DNA from: Setoptus koraiensis
Taxonomy: Eukaryota; Animalia; Arthropoda
Assembly: GCA_048013815.1 (NCBI GenBank)
Contig: CM106585.1
Location: 13,454,001 to 13,518,000, forward strand
Length of the DNA stretch: 64,000 nt
Reading direction: 5' to 3'
In this document: one piece after another, positions 12,601-24,690 of the stretch
How positions within the stretch are numbered: the stretch's first letter is position 1
Layout: each line of letters opens with the position of its first letter
Translations under genes and position numbers: made by a program
The notes under the pieces: generated by a model
The model's input: only the letters and a program-made list of their open reading frames with translations
Databases searched by the model: none
Told to the model about the DNA's origin: nothing

Positions 12601-15600
12601 CTATCATTATACTTAGCAATTAAATCTCAGTGGGATACCTATTACAGTAGTATAAATGTGCTCGCTGATCAGATATCCGTGCGCCATGTTGATGTTTAGT
12701 TGGCCAAAATTCGGTGGCCCAAAAAAAATAATACTACCCAAACTGTTATATTTATCCTCTGGCTTTATTGAGTGCCGGTTTATTGAGTTCCTCATTCGAT
12801 TGGTTTGTAAATTTCAACAGGTGCTATTTACTAGGAATCTAGTCTGCATTCGAATCGGAGGATCTGATTTCTCTTTGAATTGTTGTGATTCGGTTCGGAG
12901 TTGATAGAGCTGAGGTTGATTGATTTTGACGAACATCGAAGATGCTTAGATTTGGCCGAGTTGGTGCTTCTGAGCGTTCAGCTTTAGTCGAGCCGTTCGA
13001 TCGATGACCCGATCGATACAGATATCACCTCGGTCAGGACGACATAAAATTCAATAATAGAATTTCTGCGCCGACACTAACCAGTGTAGCGGAAAAGTGT
13101 TCTAATTGGGCATATTGCGCATCAACGGTCGCGCTGAGTGATCAAACAAAATGGCGATCCTGGTTTGACGCATCATTTTCAATCAAGCGAGGCTCCCGAG
13201 GCGAAGACGGGAGACCTCCCTTTCTAGAATGCTCCCATCGAGCGTCGTTCTGGCGGTCAGATTTAACCAGTTCGCTAGGAATGAGGAGAAAAAAATGGCG
13301 GACAACTTTTGACACTTTTGGTTCAGTTCTCAATTTTTTGACCTAAACTAACAAGTGGGGGAATGTGGCCAAGGCGAGGCACGCCGACGAATGGAAAAGA
13401 ACGACGATGGGAGACGCCGCTTGGTTTGTACTAAGCAGCATGACGATTACGAAACTCCCCGACGAAATTCCGCGACTGGAGTGTCTCCGGCCCGGCGTGG
13501 TTGAACTACTATAGGAATAGGAGGCGCAGCGATGTCTCACTCCCACAGTAGCCTTGGATAGCGCCATTGTTACTGGCTCACAAGTACATTGACATGCTGC
13601 ATTGATGGAACAATCGGTGCCGTGGCCATTGGCGAGGCATTAATTTTACGTAAACACGTTGTGCAGTTTTTTTCGTTTTATTCGATATGCGCGTATTAGA
13701 GGCTCACAAACGCGGTGTAGGGTTTCGCGTTTGCTGTGCACTGGTGCTGTGTCCAGGGTGTCGCAAATACATGAAGGCTCAGTGAACGTGTTTCGATGGT
13801 GCTGGCGATTGGCACTTGACACACATTTTCAACCAATAAGAATGGTGCGGTTTTGGGCAATAAATCAACGGATAATCAAAATTGCGCTTGCCTCTTTTTG
13901 TGAAGATTTACTCTTAAAGTTCAATAAAACGGCCTCTCTGTATGGCCATTTCACGCCAATAGCCATCACGCCAATTCTCTGTACAGCTATTCTGGTTATT
14001 CTGGGGACTATTCTCGATTAAAATAAAAGGATAATAATATTACGACTTTAAAACGAGACCGCCGAACGGACTGGGCGCACAACAACGGTCGACATGTTGT
14101 TGTTGTGCCCAAATCGACAGTTTAAAATAAGTGAAAGCAATTGAGAAAATCGGAACCCGTTTCGCTTGTGTGAAATGTCATCATCGAACGGCGTACGACA
14201 TGTAAGAACCTCAAAAGCATCACCGCTATCAATGTGCCCGCCATCAAATTTACACCGTGATCGTTACAAATCGCCTGACAAGGAATAAATCTCTTAGAAA
14301 CGATGATTCACTTTGCTAAGATTTCCTTATTATCTGATAAAATAATAATAAACACTATTTTCTCTTTATTTCTTCCTTACACCAGCCTTACAAGAGAAAA
14401 ACATTCCGAGGAATTTCTCGCAATTGCTAGTTGTCGAAGGTTTGTTGTGAACTCAAAAGTCAGGATCATGCCAATGGTCCCAACACCGCCCTGTATGTTC
14501 CGAAAATACACCCGATACATATTTACGCAATCGTTGTCCAAAATTGCATCTGTTTCTGAACACAGACACACATTCTACTCCAATAATAATCAGGCCCCAC
14601 AATGTGTTGTTGAACAATAAAACTGAGTATCTATTCACCGATGGCAACATATAATGGGTGGCATTTCAATGTGTGCGCGACCATAAACTTGGCAGGCTCC
14701 CAAAAGACAACTTATAACGCGTGAAGTACACTCCGTTGTGCAAGCCACCAAGATAGCGGAGGCTCTCGGATCAAATGGCGATCATCGCTCAAGCCTCGCA
14801 GTAAGATTGGACAGAAAAAAGATCGCGATAACTAAAGAAAGCACTGTCTAGTATCTAATAAGTTGCCTTCTTGTCGATGATAATTGTGTTTGTACATGTT
14901 TTTTTTTTCAGAGTGAACGAGTCACAGAAATAACATGGCCAATTAAGATCAAGTCTCTAGCTCAGACAAAGAGTGACAATTGTGAGAGACAATTTTCACA
15001 CTCCTAAACGACTATTGGTCATGCTAGAGGTGACTAAGCGCCTGTCAAAGGGTCGAGCAACAACAGCTAGCCTATATTGATTTGGTCAAGTTGGTACGCA
15101 CCAATGAGAATTGCACGTGCATATTCACATCAGTGGAAATAGTAATTAGATTCGTATGAAGTTAGATCATCGTCGTTTGTAGCGCAACTCGATGGACCTT
15201 AGTTGGACACTTGGAGAAATAAAGCGAAAGAGCGAGACAATTCACTGGTTAACGGCACTACTGCATTGTACAGCATTTGTGGAAGATAAGAATAATACGT
15301 GATGGTTTAGTGATCACACATCGAACGGTCAAACCGATAGATATGTAGTTGACTCATGCAAGCTACAGCTCAGATCAACAAATGAATTAAACGAGGAAAC
15401 AAGAAACAAGACACGACGACGCGAAAAACTAGCCCTTAACAACTCGCAAGTTGCGACCAATTATAACAGTTTGTTGTCATCAGGAAACTTTTGACAGTGG
15501 ACGGAATGAATCAAATGGTACCAATTTGTGAGTGCCTTCCAAGACGATACGCGCACACATACGAATAGTCCTGTTTTTCACCCTCTGAGACTTACATAAG

Positions 15601-16663
15601 TAAGAGGCACGAGAAAGTAGACAAGTCAGATAACAACAGTCTTCGATTGATTCAACTGATAGAGACTTAAGCTTGCTTGACGCAAGAAAGAACATATAAA
15701 CTCTGCATATAGCCTAAGTTTCTGACGGATAATCTAATTGAGTCTTTCGCTTTCTCGCTCGCTCTATCCCTCTCTTAGACACAGGCAAGAACTATGTGTA
15801 TAATCCTTATCACTATAAAGTGTTTGTGAACCATCGCAGCCGATGTATATATGAGTGTGAAAAATAGTCTCCATGCAGCGGCCCAGGCTTAGTTAAGTTG
15901 ATCATCTCGAATGAGCTTATATGTATATATAACCATTACTGGATATATATCCATGCAATAATGATCCTGCTGATGATAATCACTATAGCTGCGATGTGTT
16001 AGCCAATTAGGTGAGTATATGTGTCAATCACATTATTTACATTCTGCTGCCCTTCAGTAGCATTCAATTGGTCGTTATCGCAATGGTGGTTGGTAGTGCT
16101 GTTCCATAGTCTAGTATTGTTAGTCTTGAACAAACAATACTAGACCATGAATTGAGCCCTATAGTTGCTCCTCCAAACTAAACACGGCTCATATGAGATC
16201 GATAGCTATAGATAGAGGTTTAATCAACAATGATGACAGCACACACACAAAAAATATAAGAAGAAAGAAAAAAGAGGCCCCTGGATAAACAAGGAGAAAG
16301 GAGAAAAAAGTGGTGCTCGTTTTGTAAGTTATATAACAAGCAATAAATTCGCCAATAATCACCCATAGCTACTTGAATTCATCGACCAACTATGGTGATT
16401 AAGCAAACAACAGCATTTGGAAAGTGTTGCAACACCCTAACAAACTCTCTTGTCTGATTGTACATAGATATAGCTAGCAGTACATCCATCAATAGTGCCC
16501 CTGGAGTTGATCATACACAGAACCAAGAGATTGTTCTCTACTCCATACCAGAATTTATTTGCCTGAGGACAATTAGTGTGTGATATAGAGAAAGGGTGGA
16601 TTTTCTGTGCTTCATTATTTGTAGAGCGGGCTTAATTAGAGAGACCTACTATCCTTTGGTTGG

Positions 16664-16689
16664 GAGAGAGAGAGAGAGAGAGAGAGAGA
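16664..16689. repeat. (GA)n microsatellite
   Basis: About 13 GA units. Confidence 0.95.
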
Positions 16690-17920
16690 AAGAAAGAGGG
16701 ACTGAAAGCAATAACTCACCAGTGCACTCCTAGTAAATAGAGGGTCCTATATTTCAGCATAGTAGGTTCGTGGTAATAAAGTTGGATCGTTCTCTGACGA
16801 GTTGGTTATTTTAAAACCCTGGAGATTGTTCAAAGATTGGCTCAATTGATTACTAGCCGTTATTTACTAACAAGAAAACTTCTTATCCTTATTACACCTT
16901 ATCGTAACTTTATGTTGATATAAGAATGTGAATGAAGGAGACCAACGACAGGGCTGCTGAAGCGCAATCTAGATCGAATGATTTGCTGAAACTAGCAACT
17001 TCTGCGATGGAAGAAAACTCGAATTTCGACGATACATCACGATACATAAACCCAACATATGACGACGAAGATGATGCAAGTAGTGGATGATTTTCATGCC
17101 CTTTGGCCACAAGACCACACTCGTCAGACGGATAAATTTTTGTGTGCTTCTAGGAGTCCTCCGTTTCTCTCAGAACCAAACAGCATGGGGTCCCCTGAAT
17201 CAATAGGTAACACTGCCTGAGATAACTCTCATCCATTACACTATGATTGCATGGGGGCCCGCTTTAAGCAATTGCACCATACGAAATTGCACGACAGAAC
17301 TCAGAACCAATGGGGCTAATACAGCAACTTTTGAAATTACTAAACGCTATAATCAGCCTGCCTGAGCACGGAAAGTGAGATATATTGCTAGGGGATCATA
17401 GCTCATATTATTTGAGTCCAGTATAACAGCAGTATGCCTGAATATGTGATATTATAGTTGGCTCATGTGAGTGAACGCAATGTCAGTGTTGTTGGTGGTA
17501 TCCAGTGGAAACTAACCATATGAGAAAACAATAAGAACTAAGGACAGTTGTTTGTAACGAGGTTCATTATGGCATGTTTGCCTCGTTGACTGTACTCAGT
17601 ATAATGCGTTGTGGTTAGTGTTTTTACTATAAAATTTCAACTTTTTTTCCTGTTACTATTTCTAAGCCTGCCTCCCCCGGAGTATATATATGCAATATCA
17701 CTATCAGTCATAATATCATGTAATATCATTACAATATAGCCATTGTATGGTAGTGGCTCGTAATGAAGAAAGGAGGAATTGCTTGGTCGGTTCAAAACTG
17801 CTTACGGAATGGACCCCACTGCTGCACACTAGTGAAGTCATACATCCTACTACTACTACTACTACTACTCTACAATCTGTATGGTAATGAAACTCTGCGG
17901 AGAACCCAGAAATCACAATG

Positions 17921-17924
<4 letters not shown>

Positions 17925-17952
<28 letters not shown>
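17925..17952. repeat. (TA)n microsatellite
   Basis: 14 TA units. Confidence 0.95.
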
Positions 17953-17956
<4 letters not shown>

Positions 17957-18798
17957 ATAAACTATACAACACTCTCACTTACGCTTGCCATATAGCTCAG
18001 GAGTTTATGAGGTTAGATATCGCCATCCCTGCGATTGTCATAATCATCATGATTGCGCAACCATCCTGTTTACATCATGTGATACATGACTATCCTAGCA
18101 TGATACAACTAAACTGGAGCTTTCAGTCCAGCGTTAAGCCAAACTGGGGCCCAGCATTAGACAGCGATGAGCGCCACCCTCTGTGCTCTGTTCTATTTCA
18201 AGCGTGCCAGCACAACAGAGAAACCAGGCCGACCTATCAACACTATATTGGTGGTAGCGCGTGGGCGCTGCTAACCCGAAGATTGATTAGATGAGATGAT
18301 GATTTTTATTTTTCCGTTTGTGATTGATCGATGTCAGCAATGCAATAACAACGTTATTTCGTTTTGCTGCCGTGTGTTTGTTCGTATTCAATTCAGTGAT
18401 ATCTTTATAGCGACAACGAGGCAGAGAGATAAACAAACAGATAAGCAGGGACGAGGATCCGACCTCTTGCGACCTAGATTGACTACTGCTACTACTGTGT
18501 GTTGTGGCTGCTAATCTGAAACTTGAAGCAGGATATATTTATAAAAATGATGACAATGGACCGCACACAACATGCAACCACAACTACAAAACTATTGACT
18601 TGTTCTGTAATGGCACGTGTTTTTTATCAAGCACGTGCTCTTGTCATTGATGAAACATAGCGATCGTAGTAGCTCAACTTGACCTCATCGTGTGGTCATC
18701 ATCTCAACAGTCTACACTATGACCACTATGATACAGCATGCATCATAACATGTTATATAACACACAAACAAGTGGGATGTTGTCGTTTATTTACTTAC

Positions 18799-19557
18799 CT
18801 TAATTGAGCCTCTTCTGTATTTGTGCTGATCGCTATACTAGTAGTAGATACTGGTTGCTGTTTATTTTTACTATTTGCACTACCCTTAACGTCGGCCGCA
18901 TCGTCGTTACCATTGTTGCCCGTTAGTCCCCTGGCATCTGTAGTAGTAATCGCTGACGATGTCAAACCATCAGAGATAGACAATGAGGGGCTGTAGGCAC
19001 CGCCAACATCGAGAAGCCTCGATGTCGAATTACTATTATTAGCTTGGTAGTATTGATGATGTTGCGTTATCAGACTTTGTGTGTAATCCTGGCCTTCTTG
19101 GTTCTTGTCTTTTTTCTGAGTAGTTGCCGATTTGTCAGTTGTCAATTTTCTTTTCTTGTTTTTAGCTGTTCTAATAACATTAATAAGTGATTTTTCCTCT
19201 TGGTACTTTGTTGCGGTGGTTACGTTGTTAGTGTCGCTGTTACTGTATTGATTTGATTGATCGCAAAATTGCGCTTGATTATTGGACTCATTATAGTTGT
19301 CTTGGTTGTGATATGTAGGCTGGTGCGGATGATCCCGTGTGGATGATTGTATTTGTAACAAGTATTTTGATTCTCGATTGCATTGATCATAAGTCGATTG
19401 TTGTGGATTATTGCTGGCAACATTAATCGATTGGTCTGCTATTGAGTAATGATTACTTATAATATGATGATGGTTAGATGGGGCGCAAGAAGCGTTATAG
19501 TTGTTCAAATCTGTCAAGACGGTCAATTTTTGGTCCAGTTGTAGGTTTCTGTCATAA
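18799..19557 (-). CDS. Putative internal (cassette) exon of the trachealess N-terminal extension, N/Q/S/T-rich with a basic KNKKRK patch
   Basis: 759-nt stop-free stretch flanked by a pyrimidine-rich acceptor (cttgtcgtctacAG, 19558-19559) and the consensus donor AG|GTAAGT (18798). Phase 2 at both ends, matching the exon at 21780 and the bHLH exon acceptor at 2606. Assignment to trh is inferred. Confidence 0.55.
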
Positions 19558-21520
19558 CTGTAGACGACAAGGTGACATATTGACAAATGATAAATAGAAC
19601 AAATTAGTGATTGCGATTGACACACGCGCCAAGAAAGAGAGTGAGAGGTCGGAATGAACAAGCAGTGCAGCCATGATATAAAGTGTTGCAAACAGTCGCG
19701 GCAAACTAGTTGAACTAGTGGACACAATGTGGCCAAAGTCTTGAATTGAACATACTGGACACGGCGTTGCCACTACTCCCCCTCAGCCGCATTTTGTGAA
19801 CTGCTCGGTCTTAACGATAGATACACCTTCATTGGAGGTGATCAAGTTGGCCAACTGGCAGCCGAATGGCAGCAAGACTCAATCGTTATCAAAGTGACCA
19901 TCAAGCCGCAGGTGGAGAGGTGGCTGGCTTCGTAGATCATGTGAGTGGGCACAAACGTACAGACTGAGAGCGAGCGACAATTATTACATTTATTTATTTT
20001 TTGTTTTTGCATATCTACTGCTTAACTACTCTCTGTTGTATTTGAATGCAGCAACTATCCATGGACTGTGTGCACTGTTGTTGGGATCACTATCTTATTA
20101 TCTAATCTCGCACACTATAAATACACACATTAACCTTCCTCGGCCAGCCAGCCAGCATCAGTCATTTCGCTGCCGTCCAGTGACGGCCGCCTGGCTGGCT
20201 TGATGTCAAATGTCGCAAAATAATAAACAACAAGCACTGTTGCCCCGCCAACACCGGACTCTAGTCGCAACAGCAACAGCAGCGACGGCGGCAGCGGCAG
20301 CAGTAGATGAGCTTGCCAACGATTGTAGTTTGCTGGTGTGCTCAATTATGCTGGAATGTATGCAGCCGAATGGATCGACTGAAAAGATGACTTATGTGCT
20401 TATAATTAGCTCATTAGGCTAACGTGAGCAGCAGTGGGGAGGTAGAGAGAATTGAAGAGCGACTGAATTAAATCAAAATCGTTTGTGTCAAATAAGTTAC
20501 ACTGGCAACGGATGACCACCATTTGACACGACACAACAATCGTGCTCATCGGTTGTTGGTCGCCGACAAAGTTGATTCACAAAGAACCACACAAAGAACC
20601 TTTGCTTGCCACAGCAAGCTGCGCGGCACCGCTCATGCTAATTCTCTCTCTCCCTCGCTCTTGTGGGGGCAGTTAATTAATATCAAAATGAGAGATGAGA
20701 GAGGAAAAATATAAATTGTTCATTAGCGTCGTAACTTGTCGCATGCGTCGCGGCGTCGCGGCGGCGCTGCCGGCAACCCGGCCACGGCCAGTATCGAGCC
20801 GGTTGTCGATGTGGGGGAGTCAATGTTTTATGTTTCTCCATCTTATACGGGCCGGCGGCGGCAGCGGCAGCGGTTTGTTGTTACACATTACAGATGGCGA
20901 CATGCCATTTTTGCTCTTCCTCCTATTGCGCCCTACGTCAGCCCTGTTCGAGCGGGCATTCGCATGTTAATCTAGCGGCCAACCAACAATCAAGCATGAC
21001 TTTTTTCCGGAGGCATCTCGTTGTGGACGTTGTTCGTTGGCCGTGTTACGATTAGCGCTCATACGCATGCCACTCATTATTTGGCATCGCAAATACAAGT
21101 GGCGCGTTGACCAGTGTTTAGTTTCTGGTGTGTGTCGTGTGAAATGTAATCAAGAAAGGATAATGGTGCCGAGGGCAGCTGATTGTTCATTTGCATCATT
21201 ATAAATCAGCGGCAGAAATTCGAGAGAATCGAGAGGAACGAAGCAAGAAATTTAGTGACAATTTCCAGCCGAGCAGCAACAGATATGCGTTCATCGCTCT
21301 CGCAAACAATCACGAATCAATGGATTGACTTCGGGCAGCTGCATCTTACATCAGGCCGATGGGGCCGATGTCGCTGGCGGCGCACGCAGTTCGCGAAATT
21401 TGCGAATACTTTCAAAAGTTTGAGCACCACCGTTGCCACAACTGACCAGGCGGGCAGTTGGCGACCAGCGTACGTTGACTCGTCGGCTCAGGTGACACTC
21501 AGGTGCGCTTCGTCCGGCGC

Positions 21521-21568
21521 AACTTGCGGCAGAACTTGCAGCAGAACTTGCGACAAAACTTGCGGCTG
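21521..21568. repeat. 12-bp minisatellite (AACTTGCGGCAG-like)x4
   Basis: aacttgcggcag aacttgcagcag aacttgcgacaa aacttgcggctg. Confidence 0.85.
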
Positions 21569-21779
21569 AAACGAACGCGACAAATATGAAGATGGCGCGA
21601 AGAATAAAAGGAGACACCGGCGGACACCGGCGAATACCAATGATTTGATTAGGACGGCGGCCAGACGGGCGACTTGGGCCAGACACGGGCGATTAGCAGC
21701 ACGGCGCAAAACAAGACGCAATCGGCGCTTATCTTGGCGCTCTGATCTGCGAGTCAGTTCAAGGTCGCCTAACACTCAC

Positions 21780-22789
21780 CTGAAATTGTTGTAGCTGGAC
21801 GCTGGCGACAGACAAGTGGATTTGTTGTTGTTGCTGACGGTGTTGGTGTTGTTGTCGTTGCTGTTGTTGTTGTTGTTGTTGGCGGCGCCGGCGGTTGATG
21901 CGGCCGCCAGGGCGGTGGCATAGTTTGCATGAATGTCTCTGCCGCCGGTGCTGTTGGTACAATTAGGTTTTGAGTCTGTGGTGCAAGTGGCTGTGTAATG
22001 GCTGTTATTATTGCTTGTAATTTGCTGCTCCGCTGTGTGCTGCTGCTGCTGCGGCTGATGATGATTTGTATTCATATCAGCGACAGTGTTTTGTTGCGGT
22101 GCGATATTGGCCGCCGACGACGACGATGACGCAGACGATGACGATGTTACGTAATTATTATGCTGATAGTGGCTTAGGTTGTTGTTGTTGTTGTTGCTGT
22201 TGCTGTTATTGTGCGCTATGTGATTGCCAAGATGCTGATGATGGTGGTTGTTGTCATCTTGGTATGCGTGATGACTCGCCGCCACCGCCGCCGCCGCCTG
22301 ATAGGCAGCGGCGCTATGATCGGGCGCGTTTGATGATGTCGTTGCGAACCAATTTGCAGATGATGCACCAATTTGCTGATTGTATACTGGTTGGCCTGCA
22401 GCATTGTTGTTGATGGTGCCATATGCCGCCGATTGATGCTGCTGATGGTTGTAACTAATTGATTGATGGTATTCAGGTAAATAGTGGTAATGATGCTGGT
22501 TGGCTGTGGATGTGGTTAGGTGATTATTGTTGCTGTTGTTGTTGTTGTTGTTGTAAATTGAATGTTGCTGCTGTTGAGCGGCGGCCTGGTCTGCAGCGTG
22601 CTGGCCGCCATGATAGTCGGGCTGACATTGGTGACTCAGAGCCATCATGGCCTTGGCAGCTTGCTCGTGCTGATTGGTGTGCTCGTGCTGCTGCTGCTGG
22701 TGATGATGATTGTAATATAGATGCTGTTGCGTCATAACTTTGTCTACATATGACGCATGAAGTGCAGTTGTTGTCGAACTTGTTGCCAT
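21780..22789 (-). CDS. Putative first coding exon of trachealess, poly-Q/N/H/A low-complexity region
   Basis: ATG at 22789 (MATSSTTTALH...) opens 336 codons plus 2 nt ending at the consensus donor AG|GTGAGT (21779), phase 2. A TATA plus Inr-like pair lies ~500 nt upstream on the same strand. Assignment to trh is inferred from phase and strand. Confidence 0.6.
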
Positions 22790-23284
22790 TGACAATAATA
22801 ATTGACAAACAACGATCTGTTTCTGAACTGTTGAGGTGAACAATGACAACGGTGCTCTAACAATGGTGCTGCTTGCGTCAGTGTGACCCAAACTAGATGA
22901 GGATCCATCTATCTGCCGAGTGGCCCGCTGTTCTGTTTGGGTGTCGTTTCAACTTGAATAGTCCGATTTGATTTGCGGGATGCTCGTTCGGCCAGCTCGC
23001 TTGTTGAGTTCGGCTAGCTGTGCCGAATCGGTCTGTTCAATCTGAACAATCTTCAATTGTTAACTCTCACTTGTTGTTGTTGTTGTTGCTGTTGCTACTG
23101 TTTGTTTCGGCGGCTCGAAAGGGTCTATAGGTCGGCTGCTCATTCAATCATATACCTATACCATATCCGGTGCGGTTATGTAACTCAATTTGTGTGTGTG
23201 TGTGTGTTTTTTACCGGCTGAAAGATGCCGCTGCTTTTGCTGGTTTGATAATTTTAGACGACTGACAAGTTCAATTCAGCGGCA

Positions 23285-23316
23285 AACTGACTACTGCTAG
23301 TGTTGCCACTTTATAA
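23285..23316 (-). promoter_or_regulatory. Candidate TATA box plus initiator for the minus-strand trh transcript
   Basis: Minus strand reads TTATAAAG (23316-23309) then TCAGTT (23290-23285), the arthropod Inr consensus TCAKTY. The spacing of ~27-28 nt is slightly shorter than the usual ~30. Confidence 0.35.
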
Positions 23317-23424
23317 CTAACAGGCCCTCAATGCACGCGCTACTGCTAACTAGCGCCAATATAACAACCGGTGCCTGTGACAGCAACTAACATCCTCCTA
23401 AATGGTTAAATGAATGGGCCTAAC

Positions 23425-23478
23425 ACGTGGCAGAACGCGGCAGAACGCGGCAGAACGCGGCAGAACGTGGCAGAACGG
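23425..23478. repeat. 10-bp minisatellite (CAGAACG[C/T]GG)x~5
   Basis: Five tandem copies just upstream of the candidate trh core promoter. Confidence 0.9.
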
Positions 23479-23656
23479 GGGTGCCGATTGCGCCGACTCC
23501 GTTTAAGGGCAGCACAACATTTCAGTGGGCCTGCCAATCTGCTCTGACTGGCTGACTGTTTGTTAACTGTGCTGTCCGGCATTGGCGTTCCAGAGAACGA
23601 GTCGAGTGTTGCCTACCCAGAGACTGTGGGCCACTCTCGCTGATTCGAGATAATCA

Positions 23657-23659
<3 letters not shown>

Positions 23660-23697
<38 letters not shown>
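23660..23697. repeat. (CT)n microsatellite
   Basis: About 18 CT units. Confidence 0.95.
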
Positions 23698-23703
<6 letters not shown>

Positions 23704-24372
23704 ATGCTCGCAACTATCGACTGGCAGTGAAGAAGCAGCAGCAAGAATCGCCAAAAGCACAATGGGCCAACTGCGTGGCTGCACGTGCATCAACGTGTCG
23801 GCTAAGCGACAACAGTTTTGCGCCATTTTTTTCGTTTTCTCCTCTGTTGTTTGCATGTTATGTTTGCTTGCCGACTGGCTGACTGGCTGGCTGGCTGCGA
23901 TCGCTTTCGAGTGACAATATTTAATTCAATGTTTAAAGGGGCCACTGCCATCAAATGTCGCCCACGTTGTGCAGATGCCTGAATGGCATGGGTTGGCATA
24001 GGGACCAATTATCGCCACAATCAGTTTGTGTGTATGTTTGGAGCGGCGATATATAGAGTTTAATAAACATTGGCATTTATGCAAATACAATGCCAACAAC
24101 GACAGCAGATTGCAAACAGAGTTTGCGCACACTTCGCTCGCGCTTCACGTGTGCCCGTGTGTGTGTGTGTGTGTGTGTGCTATATGGGTCGGGGCCATTA
24201 TATTAATATTAGCATGTCGTTGGAGCCTATATGGGGTGACACGGGTGAGCCAATCATCGGCAATCGGTGCCGCTGACACAGCTCACCAGCTCATTGCATG
24301 TTTAGCGCACCTATATTTGTGGCAGCCGCTCGCTGGCACGGACAGCCCGACAGGCGATCGATTGGAGGGGCC

Positions 24373-24420
24373 GACTGACAGTTGTGAGGCTGACTGACAA
24401 TTGTGAGGCCAACTGACAAC
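24373..24420. repeat. 19-bp repeat x2.5 (GACTGACA[G/A]TTGTGAGGC.)
   Basis: gactgacagttgtgaggct gactgacaattgtgaggcc aactgacaac. Confidence 0.8.
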
Positions 24421-24625
24421 GGCAAAGACAATGGGCGATCGTCGTTGCGCTTCAGTGTTTGTCGCGGCTCCGATTGTGCAGATCGGGTGTCGTGTTTGGT
24501 TCAGTTGTGTCGGCACTGGGCCGATCAATCTAAAATGCGGCAGTTAATTGCCACCGTGCACTGCTCTGCACCAAGCAGCGAGGCGCCCACATCGAGGGGC
24601 CCTGAGAGGGCTGCCGATGGCGTGT

Positions 24626-24690
24626 CAGTGTCGAGGGCATCAGTGTCGAGGGCATCATTGTTTGGGGTGTCACTGTCGAGGGTATCAGTT
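24626..24690. repeat. 15-bp minisatellite (CAGTGTCGAGGGCAT-like)x4
   Basis: Two exact and two diverged copies in tandem. Confidence 0.8.

Noticed and set aside
16720-16746. 27-nt poison micro-exon that would create TGA on joining the bHLH exon
   Set aside because: The donor GTGAGT is good, but the acceptor lacks a pyrimidine tract; chance is likely in a 16-kb intron.
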